From the NCBI RefSeq assembly GCF_032444005.1, contig NC_091291.1:143902001-143966000 (forward strand): DNA of 64,000 nucleotides, in the 5' to 3' direction. The position numbers and the translations under genes are program-made. Numbering within the stretch: position 1 is the first letter of the stretch; each line of letters begins with the position of its first letter. The notes beneath the pieces were generated by a model. That model did no database searches, was not told the origin of the DNA, and was given only the letters and a program-made list of their open reading frames with translations. The stretch is from Ranitomeya imitator. Taxonomy: Eukaryota. This document shows positions 49,746-63,375 of the stretch, piece after piece.

Positions 49746-51078
49746 TACCATTGTGACAAATGTGGCCGCAGAGAACATTCCCTGTCGTCCTCCTGAAGGT
49801 CGGTGAGACGTTGGAGGATGACGGGATCGCTCATTATCTGCCTTCAGGGGCCTCGGACTGGAAACACCTTCTTCACCCCTTTATTCTGAAGACTTTCCCA
49901 GGTCCCTCTTGGCCGCGCTCCATCCTGCAACAAAGAGCCGGCATTCCTGCTGTCTGCGTCTAATCTCCAGTGTCAGCCCTTGTTAATGTTCCAGCTGACG
50001 AATATTAAAATCACATCGCCCCATTCTAATGGTGCGGACATTCCGAGAGCAGCGTGATACAATGTATCATACCTGAGCAGCCGGCCAATCAGAGTGCGGC
50101 ATCCGCCCAGATGTCCAAACATGGCGGCGGGAGGAGAACAGTAGAGAATGGCGCCAACATTTACCACATCCCAATGGCAATTTGGTCACGTTTTCCTCCA
50201 AAAAGTTCTTAGTTTGAGACTGTAGTTTAAAGGGGTTTTCCACCTCTGACATTTCTTATATTTTATTGTATGTATTTCGGGCTAAAAATCATTTTTTTGC
50301 TACTGAGTTTGATTAAAAATGTTGCACCGTTTGGCTTTTCCAGGCTCTTTGTTTCCTGCACGTTGTACTTTGATGTGATCTGTGGTCATAAATCAGCTGA
50401 GAGAAGAGTTACATCCTGTAAGGTCACTGACAGATCCTCAGATCATTTGCAGCCAGCAATAGACAGTGCAAAAGAAAGGCATAGGCATATAGAAGGCAAC
50501 TGGCGCAATATATTTAATCAAACCCAATTACAATAAGATTTCTAGCTACAAATATATACATTTAAGTTAGAAAAAAAGTGATCCCCACAGATGGAGTACC
50601 CCCTTAGTTTGCTACCAATTTCTGCCCATTATGTAGCATCTCTCCCTGAGCAGGCTGAGCTTTTATCTGGTTGCATCTTTCATGCATGGCATCAATTACA
50701 TTGGTTTTTTCTTTTCTATGGCGTCCGCGCTGTATAATGTGCCACCACTGCGTCGCCATAAAGTAACAGATTGCTCCAGTCTGATATAAAGAAATAATGG
50801 GAGGTTCAACACCTCTGAGTGACCTTTGGGGAGGAGACGCCATTTGATTTGCAGCAGAATAGTTTGTAACCACAGTTATTGAAGGTTTGCGCCATTTGTG
50901 AAGAATTTTGCCCAAGTCAGTCATTTTTATTTTGTGTTCGTCAATAGTGACGGGTTCCTGGACATTGTAACAGTTTAGCCGTGTTTACGATGTGCATCTT
51001 TTTAAAGAAAATATTGCACAAAATGTTGCAAACTCTTTCCAGTCAAGAGGTGGAGAAAAAAGTGGGAAATCAGTTTTA

Positions 51079-51445
51079 GGGTATGTGCACACGTTGCGGT
51101 TTTTGCTGCGGATCCGCAGCGGTTTTGACGCTGCGGATCCGCAGCAGTTTTCCATGTGGTGTACAGTACAATGTTAACCTATGGAAAACAAAAACCGCCG
51201 TGCACGTGCTGCGGAAAAAAACGTGCGGAAACGCTGCCGTTTATTGTCCGCAGCATGTCATTTCTTTGTGCGGAATCCGCAGCGGTTTGTCACCTGCTCC
51301 ATATTAATAATCCGCAGGTGTCTAAAACCGCAGTGGAAACCGCACAAAAAACCGCGATAAATCCGCAGTACTTTTTGCACTGCGGAGTTAATCAAATCCG
51401 CTGCGGAAAATTCCGCAACGGAATCCGCAGCGTGTGCACATGGCC
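51079..51445. mobile_element. Complete MITE, TTA TSD (PIF/Harbinger-like)
   Basis: TTA|GGGTATGTGCACAC...GTGTGCACATGGCC|TTA. Confidence 0.85.
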
Positions 51446-51768
51446 TTAGACTGAAGTTTTCCATCTAAGGATGCGTCAAACGTATCAAATCTGGTGCTTG
51501 GGTGCAAATCACGATAACCAGAAGCACAACCTCTTCTCATGGTAAATTCTCCGCTTGGTGGGTCAGTTCCTCTCCTGATCTCTCTGCTGTCGGTGATTGA
51601 AGACATTCTTGTCACATCCAGAAACTCACACTGACCAAACACTTTGTAATTACCTACAATTATACTGCAGACTCTTCCTGGACGACAGATGATACATTTT
51701 ACCTGCGCTGATACATTGTAACAAACCATGAAAACAGGAGAAATCTGTGTTGCTGTTGTGTTTAGCTC

Positions 51769-52073
51769 TAGTGATGAGGGAATATACTCGATACTCGAGC
51801 ACGCTCGGGGGTCCTCCGAGTATTTTTTTAGTGCTCGGAGATTTAGTTTTCATCACCGCAGCTGAATGATTTACATCTGATAGCAGCATAAGTACATGTG
51901 GGGGTTGCCTAGATGCTAGGGAACCCCCACATGTACTTATGCTGGCTAACAGATGTAAATCATTCAGCTGAGGTGAGGAAAACTAAAACTCAGAGCACTA
52001 AAAAAAATACTCGGAGGACCCCCGAGCGCTCAGGAAATCTCGAGTAATGAGTATATTCGCTCATCAGTCACTA
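51769..52073. mobile_element. Palindromic MITE (TAGTGATGAG...CTCATC..CACTA)
   Basis: Whole element is an imperfect hairpin centred near 51911. Confidence 0.85.
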
Positions 52074-52076
52074 TTT

Positions 52077-52272
52077 GGCCGGGATCACACATACACGAGA
52101 TACGGCCGAGTCTCGCAGGTGAAAACCCAGCTCTGGCGCCGGCACTGCGGAGCGGAGCGTGCTACTCCATGTATTGCTGTGCTGCTGCGTGCTCTGCTCC
52201 GGAGTGCCGGCGCCAGAGCTGGGTTTTCACCTGCGAGACTCGGCCATATCTCGCGTCTGTGTGATCCCGGCC
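52077..52272. mobile_element. Short palindromic MITE
   Basis: GGCCGGGATCACAC...GTGTGATCCCGGCC with ~80-bp paired arms. Confidence 0.85.
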
Positions 52273-52815
52273 TTAAGCTCAAAAACGATTCTCTGGACTG
52301 GATACAAATGTAGCGAATTCTCAGCTGTGAGAAGTATTGGGCCAGGTCAGGGGAGGACATATCATTGGTGCAACATGTGCAGTCGCACCGGGTTCTCCTG
52401 TCTGTGTCCACCACTGAAACAAGCATTCACTGACACCAAGCAGAAAATGGCGAGGAATTAAAAAAACCCAGCAAATCCTGATCTTGCTGACTGACACTGT
52501 ATTTCTGGTATATGGCGGTGGTATTGGAAGGCGCTGAGCGGCGCTGAGGCCCCATCCCCCCAGCACGGAGCGGAGCCGTCAGGTGCTCGGGTCCCACGTG
52601 ATCCTTTGTTTCTGCCTTCGTGTTCGTAGATCAGAATCTCAGTCATAAAATCAATTCTGATGAGTAAAACGTCAGTAGTCGGATAATTCTGTGCGTCCCC
52701 CTCCTCCCGGAGAGGATGGCGGAGCCGCCGGTGTTATCGCTGCCGACTGCAGGCGGTTCACTCTGTCAAGAGGGATCCTGTCCTGATGAATGACAAGGTG
52801 GAATAATAGACCGCG

Positions 52816-52829
52816 GTTCCCATGGTAAC
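52816..52829. promoter_or_regulatory. RFX X-box motif in a CpG-containing unique island
   Basis: GTTCCCATGGTAAC fits GTTNCCATGGNAAC. Confidence 0.5.
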
Positions 52830-53169
52830 AGACAGCAGAGCCGCCGTCGCCGCGGCTGCCAACCAAAATGTTTCCTTTCCAAAAATGAAACCAGAAGCTA
52901 AAAAAATCTCCGAACCAGAACAACACGTGATCCAGACAACAGTTTCCACAATGTATCCACATGGGATCGGTTACTCTGCCTCTGCATCACTACAGTCCTC
53001 AGGTACACTGTAACGCAGCTGCTGCAGTGAGGGCACAAGATGTAAGCCAGAACTACACTGTACAGGGCCTCAGACAAATCCCATAGGCCAACAGCATTAT
53101 CCACCGACCCTCACACACCAGCAGCTCAGACCAGTGTTCATGTGTTCCCAGTGGGGAGATTACACAGAC

Positions 53170-53680
53170 TTCGCTGTCCTCCTCCTCCAGACCCCTATGT
53201 CTCCACTTCCTTCTGGACTCCTCTGTCCTCCTCCAGATTCCTCTGTCCTCATCCCTCCTCCTCTAGACTCCTCTGTTACCCTCCAGACTACTCTGTCCTC
53301 CTCCTCCAGATTCCTCTGTCCTCATCCCTCCTCCTCTAGACTCCTCTGTTACCCTCCAGACTACTCTGTCCTCCTCCTCCAGATTCCTCTGTCCTCCTCC
53401 TCCAGAATACTCTGTCCTCCTCCTCCAGATTCCTCTGTCCTCATCCCTCCTCCTCCTCCAGACCCCTCTTTTACCCTCCAGACTACTCTGTCCTCCTCCT
53501 CCAGACTTTTCTGTCCTCCCTCCTCCAACCTCCTTTGTCCTCCTCCAGATTCCTCTGTCATCATTCCTCCTTCAGACTCCTCTTTTATCCCTTCTCCTCC
53601 ACCATGCTTCTCTGTCCTCCTTCAGACTCCTCTGTCCTCCTCCTCCAGATTCCTCTGTCCTTTTCCTCCTCCAGACTCTT
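53170..53680. repeat. C/T-rich degenerate tandem repeat
   Basis: CTCCAGATTCCTCTGTCCTC-like units. Confidence 0.85.
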
Positions 53681-54379
53681 CTACAAGTGAACTAGTCAGT
53701 TAGCTACATAAGATCCTGTCCTGTAATCGATTGTCCAGCATCTAACTAGATTGTGCAAAAACTGTGTTGAAGTCTCAGGAGGCCACATTTACTAATCCAC
53801 ATAGTTTGTGATAAAACTGTGTTGCAGTGAGAAATCAGAAGGCCGGATTTCCTCTTAATATCGTTAGGTATAAAAGTGTAGTTCATTCACACTATCTAAG
53901 ACTATATATAGTGATTGTTCATTTAGTGACAGGTGGCTGACAGGTGTGGGCCTAAGATTGTGAAACACCGGGGTACAAGAGGGGAAGGGTACAACATGAG
54001 TGGGGAAAAAGCGAGGTCATGGTGGAAGGGGGAATAGGCTTGGTGGTCGATGTGTACGTGGGTTAGGTGTTAATGTGAATTAAAGCGCAACTGAACAATC
54101 ACCGTCTCGTCCTTTCCAAAGGCCACTGACAACATCTGTTACTGGCTGGCCTACTCCACTTCCTTTCTTTGGCAGCTACACAGTGGTACACCTTGTAGCT
54201 GAAGGCCAGAAAGAGTATGTGCTCCAGTGGATGGCAAGCGCTGCATCAATTGGCCTCTCTACCTCTTCCTCCACCTTAACATCACACATAGTACAATCCT
54301 CAGAGGTGGTACCCCAATCACCCTTGTTTCCCCCGTGTCACAAATTTCCAAATATCAAACTGACTGTGGGGAACCACTG

Positions 54380-55670
54380 ACGGGTCATTCTGAAGAGACT
54401 CAGATACCAGAGAAGCACGCGGACTGGACTGGGTTGTCAGGGCAGGAAGAGGAGGAGGGTGACTTTCAGGGTGAGGAGTGTGGGGACAGAAAGGATGATG
54501 ATGAGGTTGTAGATCCCACTTGATGTGAACCCAGAGATACGCAGCTGAGAAGCTTAGCAGAGGAGGAGGAGGAAGACGAGGAGGTTACATTATGGCTTCA
54601 CAAACAGACACGAAGTAATTCAACCATGACAGGAACTGCATCATCATTCCCGACCCTGGCTGTGGCCAGCACTGGTCGCGAGTGTGCAGTTTGCAGTGGC
54701 AGCAAGGGATGCCTAGCCTAGTCCTTTTTTGAGGCAGCAAAGGATGACCCAACTCACGCTATCTGGCAAATTTGCAAAAATATTTCAAAAATTGCAATAA
54801 TTTGACAACGACATGTATGAACCGTCACATGCGCGATCAACATGCCTTAGTCTTACTGTGCTAAAATGCAGACTAGCTGGCTTCGCCAACCACCGGCCGT
54901 CCCATCAACTACAGATGCTGTTTCTTCCTTATCCGTCACCATTCCAAGTGTTCTCACACAGGTCTCCCGGCTGCAGAAACTCCATTTGTTTACCCTTTAC
55001 AGTCATGGTGAGTGAGAGCCCATCAGCTGTTATGGAAGAGGACATGACTGCTGCTTTTGTGTCACCTAGCACAACACATATTTATCAATCCACCATAAGA
55101 ACTCCACCTGCACCTCACTCACAGTCCAGCAGTTTGACCTTTTCTCCATACTCCGCCCTCTCTCAGCACTGCAGCCAGCCCTCAGTCCTGCAGTTGTGGT
55201 CACATAAACAAATGTTTCCTCCTACATATGTCAAAGCTAAGAGCTTGAACTCCACCATCTCCAATCTGTTGGCCACGGAAATGCTGCCTTTCCGCGTGGT
55301 GGATACAGATGGTTTCCAAAAGTTGATGACCGTCGTAGTCCCCCACTACAAGTTTCCCAGTTGCCATTACTTTTCTAAGAAAGCTGTGCCTGCTCTACAC
55401 CAGCATGATGCCAACAACATCACCCATTCCCTGAAAAAAATCTATGTCTGCCAGGGTTCATTTCACCACTGACATCTGGACGAGCAAACATGGGCAGGGA
55501 TGCTACATCTCACTGATTGGTCACTGGGTGACTCTGGTGGCTGTGGGGGCAGGCAGTCAAGGGTCTGCACTACAAGTCTTTGAATCCCCACGGTTTGCGG
55601 GACAAACCTCTGTATATATAACTTCCTCCACTGCTTCTGGCTCCTCTACCTCCTCTAGGGCCTTTAATTG
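54380..55670 (+). pseudogene. hAT transposase relic (acidic tract, BED finger, start of catalytic domain), 3'-truncated
   Basis: Decayed BED finger at ~54715-54850; 'LLATEMLPFRVVDTDGFQKLM...PHYKFPSCHYFSKKAVPALH', 'VHFTTDIWTSKHGQGCYISLIGHWV'. Confidence 0.85.
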
Positions 55671-55694
55671 ACGCAGGTTCAGTTAAACTCTATT

Positions 55695-57406
55695 GCCATG
55701 CGGGCCCGTGGGGCAGGATGGAGACAGATGGGGCAGGATTGGAGACACATGGTGCAGGATCATGGGGCAGGATGGAGACAGATGGAGCAGGATTGAGACA
55801 GATGGTGCAGGAACATGGGGCAGGATGAAGACAAATGGGGCAAGATGGAGACACATGGTGTAGGATCATGGGGCATAATGGAGACAGGGCAGGATGGAGA
55901 CTCATGGTGCACGATCATGGGGCAGGATGGAGACAGATGGGATAGGATGGAGATAGATGGCACAGGAATATGGGGCAATATGGAGACAGATAGGGCAAGC
56001 TGGAGACAGATGGGGCAGGATGGAGACACATGGTGCACAATCATGGGGCAGGATGGAGACAGATGGGATAGGATGGAGATAGATGGCACAGGAACATGGG
56101 GCAATATGGTGACAGATAAGGCAAGCTGGAGACAGATAGGGAAGAATGGAGACACATGGTGTAGGATGGGGACACATGGTGCAGGATCATGAGGCATGGA
56201 CCATGTGTTTCCATCCTGCCCCATGATCCTGATGTCACATGGTGCAGGATCATGGGGCAGGATGGAGACACATGGTGTACAATCATGGGGCAGAATGGAG
56301 ATAGATGGGGCAGGATGGAGACACATGGTGCACGATCATGGGGCAGGATGGAGAGATGGAGCAGGATGGATACAGATGGGGCAGGATGGAGACAGATGGT
56401 GCAGGGTCATGGGGCAGGATGGAGACACATGGGGCAGGATAGAAACAAATGGGGCAGGATGCAGACACATGGTGTAGGATCATGGGGCAGGATGGAGACA
56501 GGGCAGGATGGAGACACATGGTGCACGATCATGGGGCAGGATGGAGACACATGGTGCAGGATGGATACGATGGAGAAACATGGGGCAGAATCACTGGTGA
56601 TCACTGTATTACCGGCACACTGTATAGTAAGAACAGATCTACTCTTTATAATGGCACTTATGATGATATTAGTATCGTGTTTTTTTATTAATAATCAGTA
56701 TTGTAGTATTCGGTCACTATGTGGTGGTAATATGTGGTCTGGCCATGGTGTGGCAGTATTTGTTCCTTGTATGTGGTATTATCCGGTCATTGTGGTGGTA
56801 ATATGTGGTCTGGCCATAGTGTGGCCGTATTTGTTGCTTGCATGTGGTATTATTCGGTCACCATGTGGTGGTAATATGTAGTCTGGTCATAGTGTGGCTG
56901 TATTTATTTCCTGTATGTGATGATATTCAGTCACTGTGGTGGTAATATGTGGTCTGGTCATGGTGTGGTGGTATTTATTCCCTGTATGTGATATTATTCG
57001 GTCACTGTGGTGGTAATATGTGGTCTGGTCATGGTGCGGTGGTATTTGTTCCTTGTATGTGATATTATTGGTCATTTTAAAAATTGAAAAATAAATGTAT
57101 ACCTAACATTGTATTGGATATTTTAACAAATGTTTAATAGGATAGAGTAGAGTAGAATTGGCGGATTAAAAAATCTTTTGACAGAAACAAAAGCTGTTGG
57201 CTATGTATGTGATCTGATGATGGGAACCGTTAATGTGTGATTGGTGAGGAAGTGGTGCAGAAGTCCAGTTTTTCCAAGAGAGGGCAGTGGGCCTGTGGAA
57301 GTTTGGAGGGGTGGAGGAAGGTGGAGGGGTAGAGCCTGGGCAGAGTCTCAAGGGGTCCTGAAAATGTTGCCAGTATGGGGCCCTGAAATTCCTAGTGGCA
57401 GCCCTG
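55695..57406. repeat. Tandem repeats (GGGCAGGATGGAGACACATGGTGCAGGATCAT-type at 55700-56580; ~47-bp GT-rich units at 56700-57060), probably the interior of a non-autonomous hAT element
   Basis: Direct reading; right end GGGCCCTGAAATTCCTAGTGGCAGCCCTG resembles CAGGG-type termini; left end unclear. Confidence 0.65.
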
Positions 57407-57566
57407 AGGCCAACACTTACTTTCAGTCAACTACCTGTGTTACTTTCCTTACATTTTTCTATCAATAGTAGTCTACAAAACTGAATGTGGCTGGGAAAAT
57501 TTTTTTGGGAGGTGTTGCATGAGGTATCAAGGCTCTCAGCTAAGATGGCTTACATCGCTCCCTTAA

Positions 57567-57893
57567 AGGGACACTGTCACCTGGATTTGGAGGGAACAAT
57601 CTTCAGCCATGGAGGCGGGGTTTTCGGGTTTTTGATTCACCCTTTCCTTACCCGCTGGCTGCATGCTGGCTGCAATATTGGATTGAAGTTCATTCTCTGT
57701 CCTCCATAGTACTCGCCTGCGTAAGGCAAGATTGCTTTGTGCAGGCGTTTACTGCGGAGGACAGAGAATGAACTTCAATCCAATATTGCAGCCAGCATGC
57801 AGCCAGCGGGTAAGGAAAGGGTGAATCAAAAACCCAAAACCCCACTTCCATGGCTAAAGATTGTTCCCTCCAAATCCAGGTGACCGTGTCCCT
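57567..57893. mobile_element. Palindromic MITE with TTAA TSD (T2/Kolobok-like)
   Basis: TTAA|AGGGACACTGTCACC...GGTGACCGTGTCCCT|TTAA. Confidence 0.9.
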
Positions 57894-58364
57894 TTAACCA
57901 CCAGGTCCTCATTGAAACTTCAGTTCCGAGCTGTCGATGCTGGGCCTGACCCTGATACCTCATGCATGGGCCATGGCTGACTGCTGCTGTGCTAAACGTT
58001 TGGCGAATCGAACCGAACCTTGAAAGGTTCGCTCATCTCTAGTCGCAGGCTGCTAATGCCTCTGTATAATGTACAGGCAGCTTTTATAAGCAGCAGATAT
58101 TGCGGCAGTCGTGGGGCCGCGGCAGGGAGCTGATAACGGAAACGTGCGCGGTTCTCCATAATAATGCCGGCTGTGTTGTCATGTCAACCATCGCACTGGA
58201 CACAGACCCTGAATTCATTACAGCAAAGAGTGGGGGAGGGGAGGACGGAGATGTTCCTAATAACACCTCTTATTACAGCTCCCCGGGATCTCAGGGAGCA
58301 TCGGAAGGAAAACATCACTGACAAGCAGCATACACTCCCTCAGTATAAGGCTCTCTCAGTATGC

Positions 58365-58835
58365 GTCACTCTCAATATACACCGTCCTCAGTATACACCG
58401 TCCTCAGTATACACCGTCCTCAGTATACACCATCCTCAGTATACACCGTCCTCAGTATACACCGTCTTTAGTATACACCATCCTCAGTATACACCGTCTT
58501 TAGTATACACCGTCCTCAGTATACACCGTCCTCAGTATACACCGTCCTCAGTATACACCGTCTTTAGTATACACCGTCCTCAGTATACACCATCCTCAGT
58601 ATACACCGTCCTCAGTATACACCGTCTTTAGTATACACCGTCCTCAGTATACACCGTCCTCAGTATACACCGTCCTCAGTATACACCGTCTTTAGTATAC
58701 ACCGTCCTCAGTATACACCATCCTCAGTATACACCGTCCTCAGTATACACCGTCCTCAGTATACACCATCCTCAGTATACACCGTCTTTAGTATACACCG
58801 TCCTCAGTATACACCATCCTCAGTATACACCGTAT
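58365..58835. repeat. 16-bp minisatellite (CTCAGTATACACCGTC)
   Basis: About 29 tandem units. Confidence 0.95.
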
Positions 58836-59148
58836 ACACTGCCCTCAGTATAGGGTGCTCTCAGTATACACTTCCCACCTCTGCTTGCTGTCCCATCTGC
58901 TGCAATAGACTCTTATGGTATAACTTCCCACCTCTGCTTGCAGTCCCATCTGCTGCAATAGACTCTTATGGTATAACTTCCCACCTCTGCTTGCTGTCTG
59001 TTATCTTCTGCTTTACCATCTAGAAACATAATTTAATGTGTTTGCTAATTCATCAGTAAATTCATTTGGTGCGTTGTACTTAAAACTCACTGTTGCATAT
59101 CCATGACTGGGATCAGTGTAGATCTTATCTGGTGGAAGGAAGGTGTTA

Positions 59149-59867
59149 ATGTACCTTCACGCATAACGATTTCGTTAACGATATCGTTGCAACATCGCGC
59201 TTTTTGTGACGTAGCAACGATCCCGCTAACGATCTCGTTATGTGTGACAGCGACCAACGATCAGGCCCCTGCTGGGAGATCGTTGGTCGCTGGAGAATGA
59301 TCAGGACCTTTTTTTGGTCGCTGATCACCCGCTGTCATCGCTGGATCGGTGTGTGTGACGCCGATCCAGCGATGTGTTCACTTGTAACCAGGGTAAATAT
59401 CGGGTTACTAAGCGCAGGGCCGCGCTTAGTAACCCGATATTTACCCTGGTTACCATTGTAAAAGTTAAAAAAAAAAACAGTACATACTCACATACTGATG
59501 TCTGTCACGTCCCCCGGCCGTCACCTTCCTGCACTGACTGTTAGCGCCGGCCGTAAAGCAGAGCACAGCGGTCACGTCACCGCTGTGCTCTGCTTTACGG
59601 CCGGCGCTGACACAGTCAGTGCAGGAAGGTGACGGCCGGGGGACGTGACAGACATCGGAATGCACTTTGTAACCCGATGTTTACCCTGGTTACCCCGGGA
59701 CTTCGGCATCGTTGAAGACAGTTTTAACGATGCCGAAGTCGTTCCCCTGATCGTTGGTCGCTGGATGGAGCTGTCTGTGTGACAGCTCCCCAGCGACCAC
59801 ACAACGACTTACGAACGATCATGGCCAGGTCGTGATCGTTGGTAAGTCGTTAAGTGTAACGGTACCT
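59149..59867. mobile_element. CpG-rich palindromic MITE
   Basis: GTACCTTCAC... and ...GTGTAACGGTACC termini with nested internal inverted repeats. Confidence 0.8.
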
Positions 59868-60101
59868 TTAAAGTAGATGTTACCAGGCTGAATGTCTTTG
59901 ATCATCTAAAAAAAAAAGCCCCTGGTGTGCTTACCCCAGCTGCCAAGGTATCCTCAACTAGTTCCTACAATCCATCTCTTCTGACCCATCAGTCTGGACT
60001 ATAAATTTAGAACCATCCTTAGGGGTGCACACGTGTGGGGGTGCACGCGTCCCAGAAGCAAAGCGTCACGGAGCTAAGCGTCGTGATACAGTAGTTATTC
60101 C

Positions 60102-63100
60102 ATGGCAGTTAGTCAGGGCAGGAGTCAGGTAACCCACACCCTGCACTCCCGTCTATCCATGTGCTTTCCATCTTACCCAAACACACTGCACAAAAAAACT
60201 TCATACAATTCCAAAAACGACTTGCTCTTTATCTTCCTGCTCCTACTGATTTCAGGGGACATCTCCCCCAACCCCGGTCCACCAACCACCAACCTCAACC
60301 CCTACCCTACCTCACATTGAAACCTTAATAATCTTACTAATATTATTTGCCCTCCTTCATCTCCTCCTTTTAATTGTGCCCTTTGGAATCCACGGTCTGT
60401 TTGCAACAAGCTTCCTTTCCTTCACAATTACTTTCTGAAAAACTCTCTGAATCTGTTGGCCCTCACGGAAACCTGGATTCAGGATTCTGACACGGTCTCT
60501 CCTGCTGCCATTTCCTATGGTGGCTTACAATTCTCCCATTCCCCAAGACCCCCAAACAGACCTGGTGGTGGAGTCGGCATACTCCTGTCCCCACAATGCA
60601 CTTTCCAGGTCATCCCCCCAGTTCCGTCACTCTCATTCCCTTCTTTTGAAGTCCACACCATCAGGCTCTTCCATCCCCTCTCCCTCAGAGTAGCGGTCAT
60701 ATACCAGCCCCCAGGCTCACCCACCCACTTCCTGGACCATTTCTCTGCCTGGCTGCTGCACTTCATGTCCTCAGAACTACCAACCCTTATCCTGGGAGAC
60801 TTCAACATCCCCATTAACAGCCTCACTTCCACATCTGCATCCCAGCTTCTATCACTAACCACTTCTAGGCCTCTCACAGCTCTCAACCTCTGAAACAAAC
60901 AAAGACGGTAACAGCCTGGACCTGGTTTTCGCCTGGCTCTGCTCAATCTCCTACCTAGATAACTCACCACTTCCCCTCTCTGACCACAACATTCTCTCCT
61001 TCACACTCACAAATCCTCGCTCACCCCAGCACCCTCCTACCTACCATTCAGTCAGAAATCTACAAGCCATTAACCCTCATACACTTTTAGACTCCCTACA
61101 CTCATCATTGTCCCCAATCTCCTCTTTTTCCTGTCCTGATCTGGCGGTACATCACTACAATGACACTCTTAGAAGCACCCTTGACCAAGTAGCTCCCATC
61201 ACCCTCAGAACCTCCAAACACAGAGTGAAACAGCCCTGGCTCACATCGCAAACCCGATTTCTCCAGCGATGCACTAGGAGTGCTGAACGCTTATGGAGGA
61301 ATACACGCACACCAGAAGACTTCATACACTTCAAATTTATGTTAAGGACCAATAATTCTGCCCTTCACCTCGCCAAACAGACCTACTTCACCACTCTGAT
61401 CTCCTCACTATCCAACAACCCCAAGAAACTTTTTGACACCTTCCACTCCCTCCTCAGGCCAAAAGCACAGGCCCCTATCACAGACATTTGTGCTGATGAC
61501 CTTGCCTCCCACTTTATAGAGAAAATAGACAATATCCGTCAGGAAATCCGCTCCCAATCACCAAGTGCAATGACTCCCATTCCTCCCTGCATCTCCCCTG
61601 GCTCACTCTCCAAATTTGATCCCATCACAGAAGAAGGCTCCTCTCCTCTTCTCGTCCGACTACATGCACCACCGACCCCATTCCCTCACATCTCCTCCAG
61701 TCTCTCTCTCCAGTCATCACAACTCACCTAACTACAATCTTTAATCTCTCCCTCTCCTCTGGCATTTTCCACTCCTCCTTCAAACACTCTATCATTACTC
61801 CATTACTAAAGAAACCCACCCTCGACCCATCCTGCACAAACTACAGACCGGTCTCCAATCTCCCCTTCTTCTCTAAACTCTTGGAGCGCCTGATATACTC
61901 CCGCCTTACCCGTTACCTCTCCATTCACTCCCTCCTAGACCCTTCACAGTCCGGTTTCCACCTCTTTATTCGACAGAAACTGCACTCATCAAAGTGACCA
62001 ATGACCTTCTGACAGCAAAACGTAACGGTGACCACTCTCTGCTCATTCTTCTCGACCTTTCTGCAGCTTTCGACACTGTTGACCACCCTCTCCTTCTCTC
62101 TAGGCTCCAGTCACTTGGCATTAAGGACACTGCTCTCTCCTGGTTCTCCTCCTATCTTTCTGACCGCTCCTTCAGTGTTCTGTTCTCTGGCTCCACTTCA
62201 TCTCCTCTTCCTCTCGCTGTCGGGGTACCTCGGGGCTCAGTCCTTGGCCCCCCTGCTCTTCTCCCTCTACACAGCCCCAATTGGACAGACCATCAGCAGA
62301 TTTGGCTTTCAGTACCATCTTTATGCCGACGACACACAACTATACACGTCATCCCCTGACCTTACCCCCGCTGTACTACAGAACGCCACTGACTGTCTGT
62401 CCGCAGTCTCCAACATCATGTCCGCTCTCTATCTGAAACTAAACCTCTCCAAAACTGAACTTCTTCTGCTCCCGCCATCTACTAACCTCCCTAAATCTGA
62501 CATTTCCCTCTCCGTGGATGGCACCATAATAACGCCCCGGCAGCAGGCGCGCTGTCTGGGTGTTATGTTTGACTCCGATCTCTCCTTCACCTTCCATATA
62601 CAATCTCTTGCCCGCTCGTGCCGCTTACACCTAAAGAACATCTCTAGAATCCGCCCTTTTCTCACCATGGAGACAGCTAAAACCCTCACTGTCGCCCTGA
62701 TCCACTCCCGCCTGGACTACTGTAACGCTCTATTAATTGGCCTCCCCCTCACTCGACTTTCCCCTCTCCAGTCCATCCTTAATGCAGCAGCCAGGGTCGT
62801 CCATCTGGCTAATCATTACAAGGACGCGTCCGCTCTTCACCAGTCGTTACACTGTCTGCCCATTCATTACAGGATACAATTCAAAGTACTTGTTCTCCCC
62901 CACAAAGCTCTCCACAGTGCGGCCCCCATACATCTCCTCCCTCATTTCTGTCTATCGGCCTAGCCGACCGCTGCGCTCTGCAAATTACTTTCGACTAACC
63001 TCTGCACTAATCCGTACCTCCCACTCCCGACTCCAAGACTTCTCCTGTGCTGCGCCAATCCTCTGGAATGCTCTACCCCAAGATATTAGGACCATCCACA

Positions 63101-63360
63101 ATTTGCATAGTTTTAGGCGCTCGCTCAAAACACATTTGTTCAGAGCAGCCTATCATGTTCCCTAATCAAAGTCATTTTATGTTTGTGTGTGTGTAGCCCA
63201 TTGACTATCTCCATCTATTCCCCAACCCCTGAAGATGGCCGGACCCTCATTGTAAATACATCATTGTAAATACACACCTGTACTTTGCATCTCCCCCACC
63301 TCATTGTAGATTGTAAGCTCTCACGAGCAGGGGCGGCTTATTTTGCTTTAATTATTGTAT
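60102..63360 (+). mobile_element. L2-clade LINE with near-complete but disabled ORF2 (2A-like motif, APE, RT) and 3' UTR
   Basis: 'SGDISPNPGP', 'LALTETWIQDSD', 'ILGDFNIP', '[15 protein letters not shown]', 'LYADDTQLY', '[12 protein letters not shown]'; in-frame stop at 60318-60320 and several frameshifts. Confidence 0.95.
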
Positions 63361-63375
63361 TTTCTGTGATTTAAT

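Noticed and set aside
48483-49834. Possible minus-strand exon pair (49749-49834 'MSDPVILQRL...' and ~48483-48581)
   Set aside because: Joining them with either acceptor gives a premature stop; no recognisable protein.
55760-56881. Gly/Trp/Met-rich ORFs
   Set aside because: Tandem-repeat translations on both strands.
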